Positions 8,470 through 17,691 of a stretch of 25,089 nt of DNA are shown here, one piece after another. The DNA lies in the IMG/VR virus record IMGVR_UViG_3300044614_000089, positions 1 through 25,089 of that record. One strand, given 5' to 3'. The first letter of the stretch is position 1. The number at the start of each line of letters is the position of its first letter. Both the position numbers and the translations under genes were made by a program. Origin of the DNA: a virus. Its lineage: Duplodnaviria; Caudoviricetes. A model generated the notes under the pieces. The model was not told the origin of the DNA. It saw nothing but the letters and a program-made list of their open reading frames with translations, and made no database searches.

Positions 8470-9102
8470 TTATTGATATTTATGGTTTTGAGTTCTTTGA
8501 ATAAAATAAATTACATCGTGTAATTGACCTGAATGACTAGCTAACATTTTAACGCTTATTCCATTTGTAACTACATCATCATCTGAATAGTATTGAAAAG
8601 TTTTAGCATAAGAGTGTTCTACATTATTGCCTTTAGGAAAAGTAATAATATCTCTTACTCTATCGTAAGGTGTACCATTACCACCCTCTAAATACAATTC
8701 CATATATCCGTTTGCATTACTTATTTTAGCTTTAAATGCTATTGTAATAATATAAACATCGTTTTCAAATTCAGCTTTTAGTTTATTATTAGCATAAAAA
8801 TCAGTATCAGAGTGAATATGTGAATCTAATACATTACCTTTATTATTAGGTACAACAAAAGCAGTTGTATTAAATGAATAAGGTGAAGCAGTAGTATATT
8901 GTGTATCATCATATCTAGCCCAACCTAAACCCATTTTATCAGATTGTGGTGGGTATACTATTACTTGCTCATTATTAAAACCCATAAATAAAGCTTCATC
9001 AGTAACTAACATAGCACCTTGTTCTATATTTACATTATCTACTTCCGTTTGAGTTGCTTCTTGTACGTGAACTTTGTATGCTGTATTTATAGTTGTAGCC
9101 AT
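8470..9102 (-). CDS. Hypothetical structural protein (possibly capsid decoration)
   Basis: 210-aa beta-rich ORF coupled (TAATG) to the protease gene. Confidence 0.55.
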   Translation of the reverse strand: MATTINTAYKVHVQEATQTEVDNVNIEQGAMLVTDEALFMGFNNEQVIVYPPQSDKMGLGWARYDDTQYTTASPYSFNTTAFVVPNNKGNVLDSHIHSDTDFYANNKLKAEFENDVYIITIAFKAKISNANGYMELYLEGGNGTPYDRVRDIITFPKGNNVEHSYAKTFQYYSDDDVVTNGISVKMLASHSGQLHDVIYFIQRTQNHKYQ

Positions 9103-9695
9103 TATACGTTTCTTAAAACTTGTTTAATTTGCTCTATTAAAGTTTCTTCTTCTGTTAGTTCTTTGCTTAACTCTTTTTTAGATTCTAATTTGTCTGCAAA
9201 GTAACCTTCTAAACTAAAGCCTTTAACTTTACCTGTTTTTACAAAGTCATTCCAAATTTCATCATTATCAACTTTTATAGAAGCCATCCAAGTACCTACA
9301 GGCACACTTAAGTTATATAATGCAGATTTATCTTTATTTAGATCTTCTACAATCCAACTTTCAACTACAGTTAATCCTTCAATAGCTTTTTGGTGTTCTA
9401 AAGTGCTATTAGATTGGTTGCCTTTCTTTAAAAATAATTGTGAAGCTTTTACTACAGTGTCTTTTGAAAAGTAAATATAATATTCAGTATCTCCACTCTT
9501 TCTATAAATAGGTTTTTCTGGTATTAATACAGCACCCATTAAGATACGCTTTTCTTTAGATACCTCAGCAAGTTTAACTTCTTCTGCTTTTAAAGCTACA
9601 AAGTCCGATTCTATTGCAGGTGATTCTACTACGCTAATAGCTTCTACACCTTGCAATTCTTCGTTATCGTCTATAATTAATTCTATTAAGTTCAT
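9102..9695 (-). CDS. Prohead serine protease, XkdF-like
   Basis: AISVVESPAIE, G..LIP...IYR, TLEH, ESW, P.GTW and GKVKGFSLEG motifs; upstream of scaffold and capsid. Confidence 0.85.
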   Translation of the reverse strand: MNLIELIIDDNEELQGVEAISVVESPAIESDFVALKAEEVKLAEVSKEKRILMGAVLIPEKPIYRKSGDTEYYIYFSKDTVVKASQLFLKKGNQSNSTLEHQKAIEGLTVVESWIVEDLNKDKSALYNLSVPVGTWMASIKVDNDEIWNDFVKTGKVKGFSLEGYFADKLESKKELSKELTEEETLIEQIKQVLRNV

Positions 9696-9705
9696 TTACT
9701 TTTTA

Positions 9706-9735
9706 TTTAAAAATTAATATTATATTAAATTGTTA
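9706..9735 (-). promoter_or_regulatory. Putative late promoter (ACAA-N15-ATTTTTAAA)
   Basis: Fills the 41-nt gap between the tape measure and protease genes. Confidence 0.65.
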
Positions 9736-9736
9736 T

Positions 9737-11425
9737 TTATCCTAACGTAGCGTTGTTTACTATGTTTCTATTTAAACTTTGTGCAGATGTTACATTACTT
9801 GCAACTACATAAGCTTGTACAGGCGCAGCGCCCTGATCGTTCATAACTTGTGCTATTTGATTTGTACCACCAGTACCAACTACATTAAAACTTGGGGCAG
9901 CAGGAGCGCTTCCACCTCCACCGCCTACATCAGCACCACCAGCACCACCACTGCCACCACCAAGCGCAGCTAAACCTTTAGCAGTACCAGCAATATTTGC
10001 AGCAATCCCAATACCTGCATTTATTTTATTCATTACTATTTCAGTAGCAGCTAAAGCAGCACCTCCTGGAAGTAAAGCATATTTCAATCTAGCAGCAGCA
10101 TTTGCAGCTTGAGTATTAATTATAATTTTAGAAATACCAATAGCACTTTCAGCAATTAAAGCAGCTTTTTGTAAACCTTTATTATTTTCACCCATAGATT
10201 TAATTAAACCTATAAAACCTTCGGCAGCTTGTAATTGACTTTGTTGAATATTTTTTTTAGCTTCTGCTACTCCTTTTTCTCTATCAATATCTTCTTGTGC
10301 CTTTTTATCTTTAGCAGCTTTTTCTGCTTCATCTTTTGTCTTTTGTTTTTCGGCAGCTTCGGCATCCGCTTTGTCTTTTAATTCTTGGTTTAAAGTAGCA
10401 TACTTTTCATTATATAAAGCCATTAAATTAGCTTTCTCATTTTCGGTTTTAGCTATTCTATTTATTTCTTCTAAATCTCTTTGAGCTTGTAAATCTAACT
10501 TTTGTTTATCTGTTTTAGCATTCATATTTAGTAATTCATCTAAATATCTTTGCTCTAAATCTAATTCAGCTTTCTTTCTATCTTCTTCTGCTTTTCTTGC
10601 TTCATCTGCTTTTCTTTTTCTTTCTTCTGCTGCTTTTTGTGCAGCTTCCTGTTGTTTCTTAGCTAATTCTTCATTATGCTTTTGTTGTTCTTCTCTACGC
10701 TTAGCAAGTTCTTCTTTTTCAGATTTAGTTTGTTCTTTACTTCCTTTATCAAATCTTTTATAAGCATCTTCTCCACTTTTTACAGCGTTTTTAAAACTAT
10801 CTTTCATTTGATTAAACCCTTCTTTAGCTGCATCAAAATCTAAGGTAACAATACCTTTCATCATTTTAATATAACCACCACCAGCTTCTTTTACATAAGT
10901 AAATAAACCAACAAGCCCAGAATAAAACAAACCAATACCTTGTGTAATATATGGTAAAGCTTGCATAGCTAATTCCATAAAAGAATCTAATAATGGTTCT
11001 AATGCTCTAAATATTCCACCTAGTATCTTTTCAAAACCTTCCATTAAAGGTTTTAATTTCTTCATAGCATTATCGTTCTGTGAAAAAGCAGCAGCCATAC
11101 CACTAATAGCTGCTACTATAATTCCAATAACAGAAGCTTTTAAAGCACCATTAAAAGAAGAAAATGTTTGTTCGGTACTTCTAATTCCTTTACCTAACAT
11201 TCCTAATGGACCAGAAGCATTTTCCAAATATCCTGCCCAATCATCAGACGTTTTACTAGCGTCTTTAATGCTATCGTCTAAATCTCTAATTTGTTGAGAT
11301 AATTTATTAAATTCAGCACTACCTGCTGCAGTTTCTTTTAATTGCCTTTTAAGCGATTTAAGATTTGCAATAGTAGGTTCTATATTACTATCTACATTTA
11401 GATTTATTTGTTTTTCGATTGCCAT
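9737..11425 (-). CDS. Tail tape measure protein
   Basis: 562 aa; Ala/Gly-rich hydrophobic segments, long E/K/A coiled coil, Gly linker, C-terminal P..AYVV..VT.AQ. Confidence 0.75.
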   Translation of the reverse strand: MAIEKQINLNVDSNIEPTIANLKSLKRQLKETAAGSAEFNKLSQQIRDLDDSIKDASKTSDDWAGYLENASGPLGMLGKGIRSTEQTFSSFNGALKASVIGIIVAAISGMAAAFSQNDNAMKKLKPLMEGFEKILGGIFRALEPLLDSFMELAMQALPYITQGIGLFYSGLVGLFTYVKEAGGGYIKMMKGIVTLDFDAAKEGFNQMKDSFKNAVKSGEDAYKRFDKGSKEQTKSEKEELAKRREEQQKHNEELAKKQQEAAQKAAEERKRKADEARKAEEDRKKAELDLEQRYLDELLNMNAKTDKQKLDLQAQRDLEEINRIAKTENEKANLMALYNEKYATLNQELKDKADAEAAEKQKTKDEAEKAAKDKKAQEDIDREKGVAEAKKNIQQSQLQAAEGFIGLIKSMGENNKGLQKAALIAESAIGISKIIINTQAANAAARLKYALLPGGAALAATEIVMNKINAGIGIAANIAGTAKGLAALGGGSGGAGGADVGGGGGSAPAAPSFNVVGTGGTNQIAQVMNDQGAAPVQAYVVASNVTSAQSLNRNIVNNATLG

Positions 11426-11562
11426 TTTAATTTTCTTTTGATTTGTCTATATCCTTGTTTAAATGTACTAGGTAATTCGTTTTTACCTTTTGCAATTTCT
11501 ATATTTTCGCTAACTCCATAATGGTCTTGCAGTTGCAATAATTGAATTATATTTTTAAGCAT
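11404..11562 (-). CDS. Small hypothetical protein (52 aa)
   Basis: Read by hand: MLKNIIQLLQLQDHYGVSENIEIAKGKNELP...KNK*; overlaps both neighbours and fills the gap. Confidence 0.65.
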   Translation of the reverse strand: MLKNIIQLLQLQDHYGVSENIEIAKGKNELPSTFKQGYRQIKRKLKWQSKNK

Positions 11563-14029
11563 CTTGTATAATGTTTATATATTGTATTACTCTAGGGTTG
11601 TAATAAGTTATTATTATTTCTTTATATGCTACCTCACCTGTAGTGTTATCATCAATAGGTACTATAAAAGTTCCATCTGCATAATTATCTAAATTCTCAT
11701 AAGAAGTACCTGCATATTCTACATCGTACTTTTCACTATCTAATTTTAAAATAGTAACTTCTAAATCTTGTGCTGTATTATCTACATAGAATGTTTGTTT
11801 TAAAGCAAATCTACCACCAACAGAATTAGATACTTCTCTAAAATCGGATATTAATTCAAAGTCAACTTCTCCTGAAGTTAAATCAGTTGTAAATTGATTT
11901 ATAATATATTTTTTATCCTTATAAACTATTTTATCATTTAATTTAATATTAGATAATTCAGTAATAGGCATAATAGCTTTTAATTTAACTACTCTACAAC
12001 GAATATCATATAAACCACTAATATAATTTTGATACCATAAAGCAAATAAGCTATCACTTGCTAAAGCACTTAAATTCCAACTTGATTGCTCCTCCCCAAA
12101 GTTTAAACTTGCAATATCATTATTTAAAAATAATTCATTTGAAAACCTTTGATAATTACTTAAATTATAATAAGTAGTACCTGTGTACATTTTAATGCTA
12201 GTACCTAAACTTTGTATATTATTTTTATACATCAAAATAGGTTTTGGTTTATATGGGTTTAAATCTTTATCAATTAAAGAAGTAGTTTGAAAGTTACCTG
12301 TTGTTGAGCGTTCCCACATAACATCTTCAAAAGGAGATTTTATTTCATAAGTAGTACTTTCATTACTTAAATCATCTTCATAAATTAAATCACCATAATA
12401 GTATAATCTTTGAAAGGTATTTCTAAAAAAGTTGTTTAATACATTCTCAGATTTTTCGTGGTTAAAAGTTAGCTTTTTAAATAACTTAGTTCTTTCTAAA
12501 TCTACACTATCGTTAATTACATAACTATTAATATTTATATATTTTCCATAAGCGTAATAAAACTCTAAAGGTTCTAAATTAAATTCAGTTTCACTTGTAG
12601 CAGTTATAGTTAAATTAAATAGTTTTATTAATCCATTAAAAAAATCTACTACTTTCATATCAGGTACATAATCACCAATATTTATTATTTCGGCTGTAGA
12701 TTGACTAGGGGATGTATAAAAATGATTTGAAACCCAAAAACCATTCAATTCCCATCCAAACGTACCCAAATGTGGACCTAACATTGTGCTACTAATAGTA
12801 AGTTGGCAACTAAATGTAAAAGGCGATTCACTTTCTATTTCAAAATAAAAACTTTGATTTTCATCTAAAGGAAAATTTGCAGAAAAAGAATGATCGCAAG
12901 TTCCGTATTGGTTATTAAGTACTTGTCTTAATGTTCCGTTTGTGTTTTTAATTTTTAATCTATAAGGAATTGTATTATTGCTTACATTTATTATTATTCT
13001 ATATGATTCGGCAAATTTTGTTACATATTGTTGATTTGTGTATGTAGGAAAATAAGGGTTTAATAATAATTTTTTTACAGTAACATTATCAGTTGTTAAA
13101 CTAAAACCATCAAAAGGAGTAGATGGAAAAGTAGAATAAACTAACGTATTAAAATCAACTTTAACAGGTGCTGTATAAACATTTTGTTCTTCTTTACCTT
13201 TAAAATATAAATATAAATCCTTCCAATATGAAGTATCAAATAATGTACTTGTAAAAGTGATTCCATAGTGTGATTGCATAAAATCAAATATTTTACTCAC
13301 AGGAATAGCAGGGAATAAATCAGTATAATCTATTGACTTGGCTAAACTACCACCTACAGAAACATCATTTGCACCACCTGTTAAATATTCATATTTATTT
13401 TTATTCCCAACTAAAGGATAACTAACATTATCTACTATAGTGCCATCGATTCTTTGTCTAACCTGATCAAATGTATAAGGGTGATTTAAACTACTGTAAT
13501 CAAAAATAGATAATTTATCCTCTTTAAATAAATCTTTAATTTGTTTTACCTTACCATAAAAAGTAACTGAAAAGCTTTCAACTCTATTGTTTTTTTCGTT
13601 TGCTTTTTCTATTTGTATTTGACCTTTTTTAAATGGTATTGTATTTACTTCTATAATAGCATCGTATCTAATACGCTGATCGAAGCCATCATTAACAGCA
13701 CTCTCATTCCAATAGTTAAATATTTGATTATTAGTTTTAGACGCAGGTACAGTAAAACTTTGAGTGTAATCAGTAAATACCTTACTTAAATCGTTTACAT
13801 TTTGAATAGAAGAAGTTAAACTAATCTTTTCATCTTTAAATAAATCTATTCTTTTATATACATCAGTATAATCAAAATGACCACCTAAAGATTCTAACCT
13901 GCTTAATAAACAAGTGCCAGCCTCAAAAGTACCACCATCAGCTAAAACTCTAGCTTGAAAACTATCTACTAAATCTGCTGAAGCATCAGTGTACTCATTG
14001 ACCTTTATATATACTTCTACATTAACCAT
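11555..14029 (-). CDS. Large tail-tip/baseplate hub protein
   Basis: 824 aa; DLFKDEKI.L, YTQSFTVPA...NN.IF, beta-rich central region, C-terminal IKLND.I.....Y.IN. Confidence 0.65.
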   Translation of the reverse strand: MVNVEVYIKVNEYTDASADLVDSFQARVLADGGTFEAGTCLLSRLESLGGHFDYTDVYKRIDLFKDEKISLTSSIQNVNDLSKVFTDYTQSFTVPASKTNNQIFNYWNESAVNDGFDQRIRYDAIIEVNTIPFKKGQIQIEKANEKNNRVESFSVTFYGKVKQIKDLFKEDKLSIFDYSSLNHPYTFDQVRQRIDGTIVDNVSYPLVGNKNKYEYLTGGANDVSVGGSLAKSIDYTDLFPAIPVSKIFDFMQSHYGITFTSTLFDTSYWKDLYLYFKGKEEQNVYTAPVKVDFNTLVYSTFPSTPFDGFSLTTDNVTVKKLLLNPYFPTYTNQQYVTKFAESYRIIINVSNNTIPYRLKIKNTNGTLRQVLNNQYGTCDHSFSANFPLDENQSFYFEIESESPFTFSCQLTISSTMLGPHLGTFGWELNGFWVSNHFYTSPSQSTAEIINIGDYVPDMKVVDFFNGLIKLFNLTITATSETEFNLEPLEFYYAYGKYININSYVINDSVDLERTKLFKKLTFNHEKSENVLNNFFRNTFQRLYYYGDLIYEDDLSNESTTYEIKSPFEDVMWERSTTGNFQTTSLIDKDLNPYKPKPILMYKNNIQSLGTSIKMYTGTTYYNLSNYQRFSNELFLNNDIASLNFGEEQSSWNLSALASDSLFALWYQNYISGLYDIRCRVVKLKAIMPITELSNIKLNDKIVYKDKKYIINQFTTDLTSGEVDFELISDFREVSNSVGGRFALKQTFYVDNTAQDLEVTILKLDSEKYDVEYAGTSYENLDNYADGTFIVPIDDNTTGEVAYKEIIITYYNPRVIQYINIIQDA

Positions 14030-15138
14030 TATACTACATTATTTATTAATGAACTTGCAACTTCAAACTCTAACTCGTAGTTAATTACTTTGTCGTTTAA
14101 ATGCGTTTTAAATTGTTGTGAACTATTTTTTAAAACTACTGCTGAATTGATAGTTCCATCTGCTGATTTTAAGAAAAGGTTTTCTGATAAAAATATATCT
14201 TGTATATTAATATTATCAGATTCTTTCATCCAACCTGTGTTACATTTAATAGTTTTGTTTCCGTTTTTATTAAATATTCTTTTTTGTCCGTTATCTTGAT
14301 CGTAAGGAGTAACCCATTTGCCATTAAAAGTATTAGTGTTATATTCAGAACCTTTTACATTTATACTTTGTGTGCTATTCTTAAATAAAGTCATAGTTTG
14401 CTTACCACCTAATCTATTTATAAATTGTAATGCAAATGGATTATATTTTATTTCGCATTCAGGAGTTAAAATACAGCTATATAATATATTACCACCTAAT
14501 GCAGTACTTTCAACTACAATAAATTCAGTACTAACTATTACTCCTGAAGTAGGTGCTACTACCATTGGTATTCTAAATTTTTCTACCCTATCGTAATCTG
14601 CATTATTATAATTAATATATGAATTATAAACTACTAAATTACCATTATAAAGAGCAGTAGTATTATATTCTATTGAAAAATCTGATGCAGTATTTGGGAA
14701 GTCAATAATAAAATCTAAAGTAGGTATTGTATTTGCATTATAAAAATAACTTACTGCACTACCATAATTACCTAATATAGCACAAGATGTGTCGTTTGTA
14801 TAATTGTAAACATTATAAGCATTATATCCATTAACTCCTACTAAATAATCGTTAAGTTCTTCTACCCAAGTAGTGCCATTGTTATAATAAGTAACATAAT
14901 GCACGTTACAAGCGCTAGATTGATCGTTAAAAGTGCTAATAGCATCGTAAACAAAAGGACTTATATTATAGTAGTTATAATATTGTGTGTTACTATAGGG
15001 CAACTTCTCTAAAGTTTTAGTTACTACAGTAGGCTCAATATATCCTACTCTCCAAATAGTCAACTCTATCTTACTTGCTGTTGCAACAAAATTCCCTGCT
15101 TGTATAATATAAGGGCTTCTACAATTAAATACTTTCAT
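14029..15138 (-). CDS. Tail-tip (distal tail-like) structural protein
   Basis: 369 aa; RSPY start, FINRLGG, NTGW and INY.LEFE patterns; TAATG coupling to the hub gene. Confidence 0.6.
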   Translation of the reverse strand: MKVFNCRSPYIIQAGNFVATASKIELTIWRVGYIEPTVVTKTLEKLPYSNTQYYNYYNISPFVYDAISTFNDQSSACNVHYVTYYNNGTTWVEELNDYLVGVNGYNAYNVYNYTNDTSCAILGNYGSAVSYFYNANTIPTLDFIIDFPNTASDFSIEYNTTALYNGNLVVYNSYINYNNADYDRVEKFRIPMVVAPTSGVIVSTEFIVVESTALGGNILYSCILTPECEIKYNPFALQFINRLGGKQTMTLFKNSTQSINVKGSEYNTNTFNGKWVTPYDQDNGQKRIFNKNGNKTIKCNTGWMKESDNINIQDIFLSENLFLKSADGTINSAVVLKNSSQQFKTHLNDKVINYELEFEVASSLINNVV

Positions 15139-15144
15139 TTTATC

Positions 15145-15651
15145 TTAATCTTTTAGTGTATCATTCATTAAATTTTCTACATCCAAACCAAACTTCTCTA
15201 TTAATTCGCCTGGTAGGTTTTTAAATGCTGCTTCAAATGGTTTAGTAAAAAACAAACTTGGTTTAATACCATTCTTAAAAATAGCACTTCTAACTAAATA
15301 ACTAGTTTGCTTATAACTCATAAACTTTCCATCTGGTTTTCTAAACTGAAATCCTTTTCTAGTTACCCAATCAGTAATAGGTTTTGCAGGTGGCATTTTA
15401 GATTTATAACTAAATGGAGTGTTATATTTCTTTTTAGTACCACTAACTCCTTTGTCTTGGAATACTCCGTAATCTTCCATTGTAAAAGCTAACCTAAAGC
15501 TGTTTGGTCCTACTTCTACTTCGCTTCCTAAACTATCATAAAGTTTTTTATCTACATTTTTACCTAACCTAGTTAAGTTACTCCTAGATTGCTGTATTAC
15601 ATACTTAGCAAAGTGGTTTAAATATTTATATGTTTCTTTTTGGTTTAACAT
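15145..15651 (-). CDS. Neck/tail-completion protein (HK97 gp10-like)
   Basis: Basic protein with YG.F.DKGV.G, MPP...I..W and I...GIKP..FF.KPF motifs. Confidence 0.65.
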   Translation of the reverse strand: MLNQKETYKYLNHFAKYVIQQSRSNLTRLGKNVDKKLYDSLGSEVEVGPNSFRLAFTMEDYGVFQDKGVSGTKKKYNTPFSYKSKMPPAKPITDWVTRKGFQFRKPDGKFMSYKQTSYLVRSAIFKNGIKPSLFFTKPFEAAFKNLPGELIEKFGLDVENLMNDTLKD

Positions 15652-16067
15652 ATAGTCATTTCATTTGAAACTATTATATCAAATGTAACTGCCCATCCTG
15701 CTAGATCGTTTTCAAATCTTTCAGTAAATGGTTCATAACTTGGATTACCTGATAACTCATAGTTGCCATCTCTTAAATCACCTCTATTAAGTAAATCTAA
15801 AACCCTTGTAGCTAATAAGTGCTGAGTATTCCAAATATCTACTTTATTATCGTTTTCTTTTTGGTTAATAACATCCATACAAAGCATAGTAACATTAAAA
15901 GAAATAACATTTCCTTGATGTGTAGATGAGTTAATCATTATATGGGTTAAAGGAAATATAGTTCGTTTGTTTAAATCAACTTCGAATATATCTCCTTCAG
16001 TTACTGTATTGCAAAAAGGTTCTGCTAATAAAGCATCCTTAATTGTTTGTATTAAATTATATATCAT
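15645..16067 (-). CDS. Tail terminator-like protein
   Basis: 140-aa acidic protein with FPL.H and EPF.ERF...LAGW motifs, next to the neck gene. Confidence 0.6.
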   Translation of the reverse strand: MIYNLIQTIKDALLAEPFCNTVTEGDIFEVDLNKRTIFPLTHIMINSSTHQGNVISFNVTMLCMDVINQKENDNKVDIWNTQHLLATRVLDLLNRGDLRDGNYELSGNPSYEPFTERFENDLAGWAVTFDIIVSNEMTIC

Positions 16068-16314
16068 ATTTTTTTAGCATTTGTGATTCTATTTCTTGTT
16101 TTTCTTTTTCAAATGTTAGGAATGTAAGTGCAGCTGTAAGCCGAAGTTTCGATACTTCATCAAATCTTCCAGCATCTCCTTTAGCGAGAGCATAGAAAGA
16201 GCTATACCATCCCCACTTAGATCCGAATTGTGTTTGTCTATCATAGCTTGTACCTGTGGATTCATCTCCAAATAATTCAGGGAAGAAATCAATAATTCGT
16301 TGCTTAAATTGTAA
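16057..16314 (-). CDS. -1 frameshift extension of the tail chaperone (85 aa; fusion product 248 aa)
   Basis: Open -1 frame after GTT TTT TTT: LQFKQRIIDFFPELFG...KWGWYSSFYALAKGD...FEKEKQEIESQMLKKYDI*; its stop overlaps the start of the next gene. Confidence 0.75.
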   Translation of the reverse strand, partial: LQFKQRIIDFFPELFGDESTGTSYDRQTQFGSKWGWYSSFYALAKGDAGRFDEVSKLRLTAALTFLTFEKEKQEIESQMLKKYDI

Positions 16315-16802
16315 AAAAAAACCATAGCACCTAAAACTACATCTAAAGGCATTTGCTTCATTACATCACAGTAAGTAATACTTCCGTTATAATCTTGTAT
16401 TAAATATTTATCACCACTTTTATCTGTTATTGGTCTGTATAGTACAGCCATAGCATTGTGCATTTTATCCCACTTACCAAAGTAGTTATCTAAGTCGCTA
16501 AACTCACCTAAAGTAATATCATCTAAGTTAGGAATAAAACCAAAGTTAGTATCACCTAGTTTAAAGATAGGTTTAAGTTTGTAATCTACGCTAAACATTT
16601 TATCTAAAGTTTCTATAATTTCGTTAACGTCTTTTAAAGGCATTAAGTCAACTAACTTTAAAGGTACATTACAAAATATCTCTATCATTTTCTGCTGCAC
16701 AAAATTACTCTCTGGGTTGTTCTCCATAATAGATACAAACCTTTGATATTGTTCTAAGGTAATTTCGTTTAAAGAAGTAGGTATAGTTATTTTAACCTGC
16801 AT
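16116..16802 (-). CDS. Tail assembly chaperone-like protein (zero-frame product)
   Basis: P....EITL.QYQ, GFIPNL..IT.GE..DL and AVLYRP motifs; internal U9 slippery run at 16313-16321. Confidence 0.7.
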   Translation of the reverse strand: MQVKITIPTSLNEITLEQYQRFVSIMENNPESNFVQQKMIEIFCNVPLKLVDLMPLKDVNEIIETLDKMFSVDYKLKPIFKLGDTNFGFIPNLDDITLGEFSDLDNYFGKWDKMHNAMAVLYRPITDKSGDKYLIQDYNGSITYCDVMKQMPLDVVLGAMVFFYNLSNELLISSLNYLEMNPQVQAMIDKHNSDLSGDGIALSMLSLKEMLEDLMKYRNFGLQLHLHS

Positions 16803-16809
16803 ATTTTAT

Positions 16810-16839
16810 TTTAAAAATAATTAATTAAGCTATTTGTAT
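16810..16839 (-). promoter_or_regulatory. Putative late promoter (ACAA-N15-ATTTTTAAA)
   Basis: Downstream of a terminator, at the head of the tail operon. Confidence 0.65.
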
Positions 16840-16866
16840 AAAGTAAAAATGCGAAGCATTTAAAAT

Positions 16867-16893
16867 AAAAAAGGTAGCCATTTCTGACTACCC
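16867..16893 (-). terminator. Rho-independent terminator
   Basis: Minus strand GGGTAGTCA-GAAA-TGGCTACC followed by T6 (GNRA tetraloop). Confidence 0.85.
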
Positions 16894-16920
16894 TAACCAA
16901 ACAAAATTTAATCTAACTAA

Positions 16921-17178
16921 TTATGAAACTCTTTCTTTATAATGTAAATATAGTTCGCTTATTTTATCGTTTAACTCTTGGTCTTGTTTATATATTTGTT
17001 TACCTTGTATCTTACTTCCGTTTATATTTATTTCTATCTTTACTTTGTTAATCTTTCTTTTGCCTTCCATATAAAATTCCTGTAAGCAGATAGGGTATAT
17101 TGTAATACCATTTTCTACACACCATTTAAAAGCTTCCATTCTTTTATCGTAGTCCTTTAAGTATTCCCTCAATTTCAT
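16921..17178 (-). CDS. Hypothetical protein
   Basis: 85-aa basic ORF, last gene before the terminator. Confidence 0.65.
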   Translation of the reverse strand: MKLREYLKDYDKRMEAFKWCVENGITIYPICLQEFYMEGKRKINKVKIEININGSKIQGKQIYKQDQELNDKISELYLHYKERVS

Positions 17179-17374
17179 TTGTCAATAGTATTTGATCTGT
17201 TGTTTTAAAATAATCTCTAAGCTTAGTTAATTCTTTTCTAGTGCTAGATATTTTAGCTTCAAGTTCTTTAACGTATATCTTAGCTTCATCACTTTCAAAG
17301 TCCTGATTGTGCCAGAAGTTTCTTTCGTTGCTATACTCCCAATCACCTGTCCAAGTTTCTGTAGGATCTATCAT
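17144..17374 (-). CDS. Hypothetical protein
   Basis: 76 aa with a C-terminal coiled coil; ATGA overlap with the upstream ORF. Confidence 0.6.
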   Translation of the reverse strand: MIDPTETWTGDWEYSNERNFWHNQDFESDEAKIYVKELEAKISSTRKELTKLRDYFKTTDQILLTNEIEGILKGLR

Positions 17375-17460
17375 ATTCTTGCTATTTGAATTATTACATA
17401 GATTAAAACTAAATAAGCAAATGTAAGCTGTGGTCTTTTGTTCTGTAAAAAGTATTTCAT
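17371..17460 (-). CDS. Small membrane peptide (29 aa)
   Basis: Read by hand: MKYFLQNKRPQLTFAYLVLIYVIIQIARI*; A-rich upstream sequence and ATGA coupling. Confidence 0.55.
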   Translation of the reverse strand: MKYFLQNKRPQLTFAYLVLIYVIIQIARI

Positions 17461-17469
17461 AGTGTTTTA

Positions 17470-17652
17470 TTAAAGTATGTCAATAGTTTGATTTTGTTCG
17501 TGGTTTAAACCTTCGTAAAACTTCATTTCTTCTATTTCATTATTAACTATAGTTTCAATAATATAATTTGCTAAAAATAAATCTCTTTTATCTGCATCTT
17601 TAGGAAATACAGTAAGCCTAAATGTAATCGGGTAATTTTTTTTATTTTCCAT
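17470..17652 (-). CDS. Hypothetical protein (60 aa; start revised to MENKKNY)
   Basis: The track start at 17733 lies upstream of the promoter core; ATG at 17652 follows an A-rich leader. Confidence 0.55.
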   Translation of the reverse strand: MENKKNYPITFRLTVFPKDADKRDLFLANYIIETIVNNEIEEMKFYEGLNHEQNQTIDIL

Positions 17653-17691
17653 AATGTTTGTTTTTTTGGTTGTTGTTTCATTTTGATATAG

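Noticed and set aside
9895-9970. GC-rich (CCA/GCA)n stretch as a DNA repeat element
   Set aside because: It simply encodes the Gly/Ala/Pro linker of the tape measure protein.
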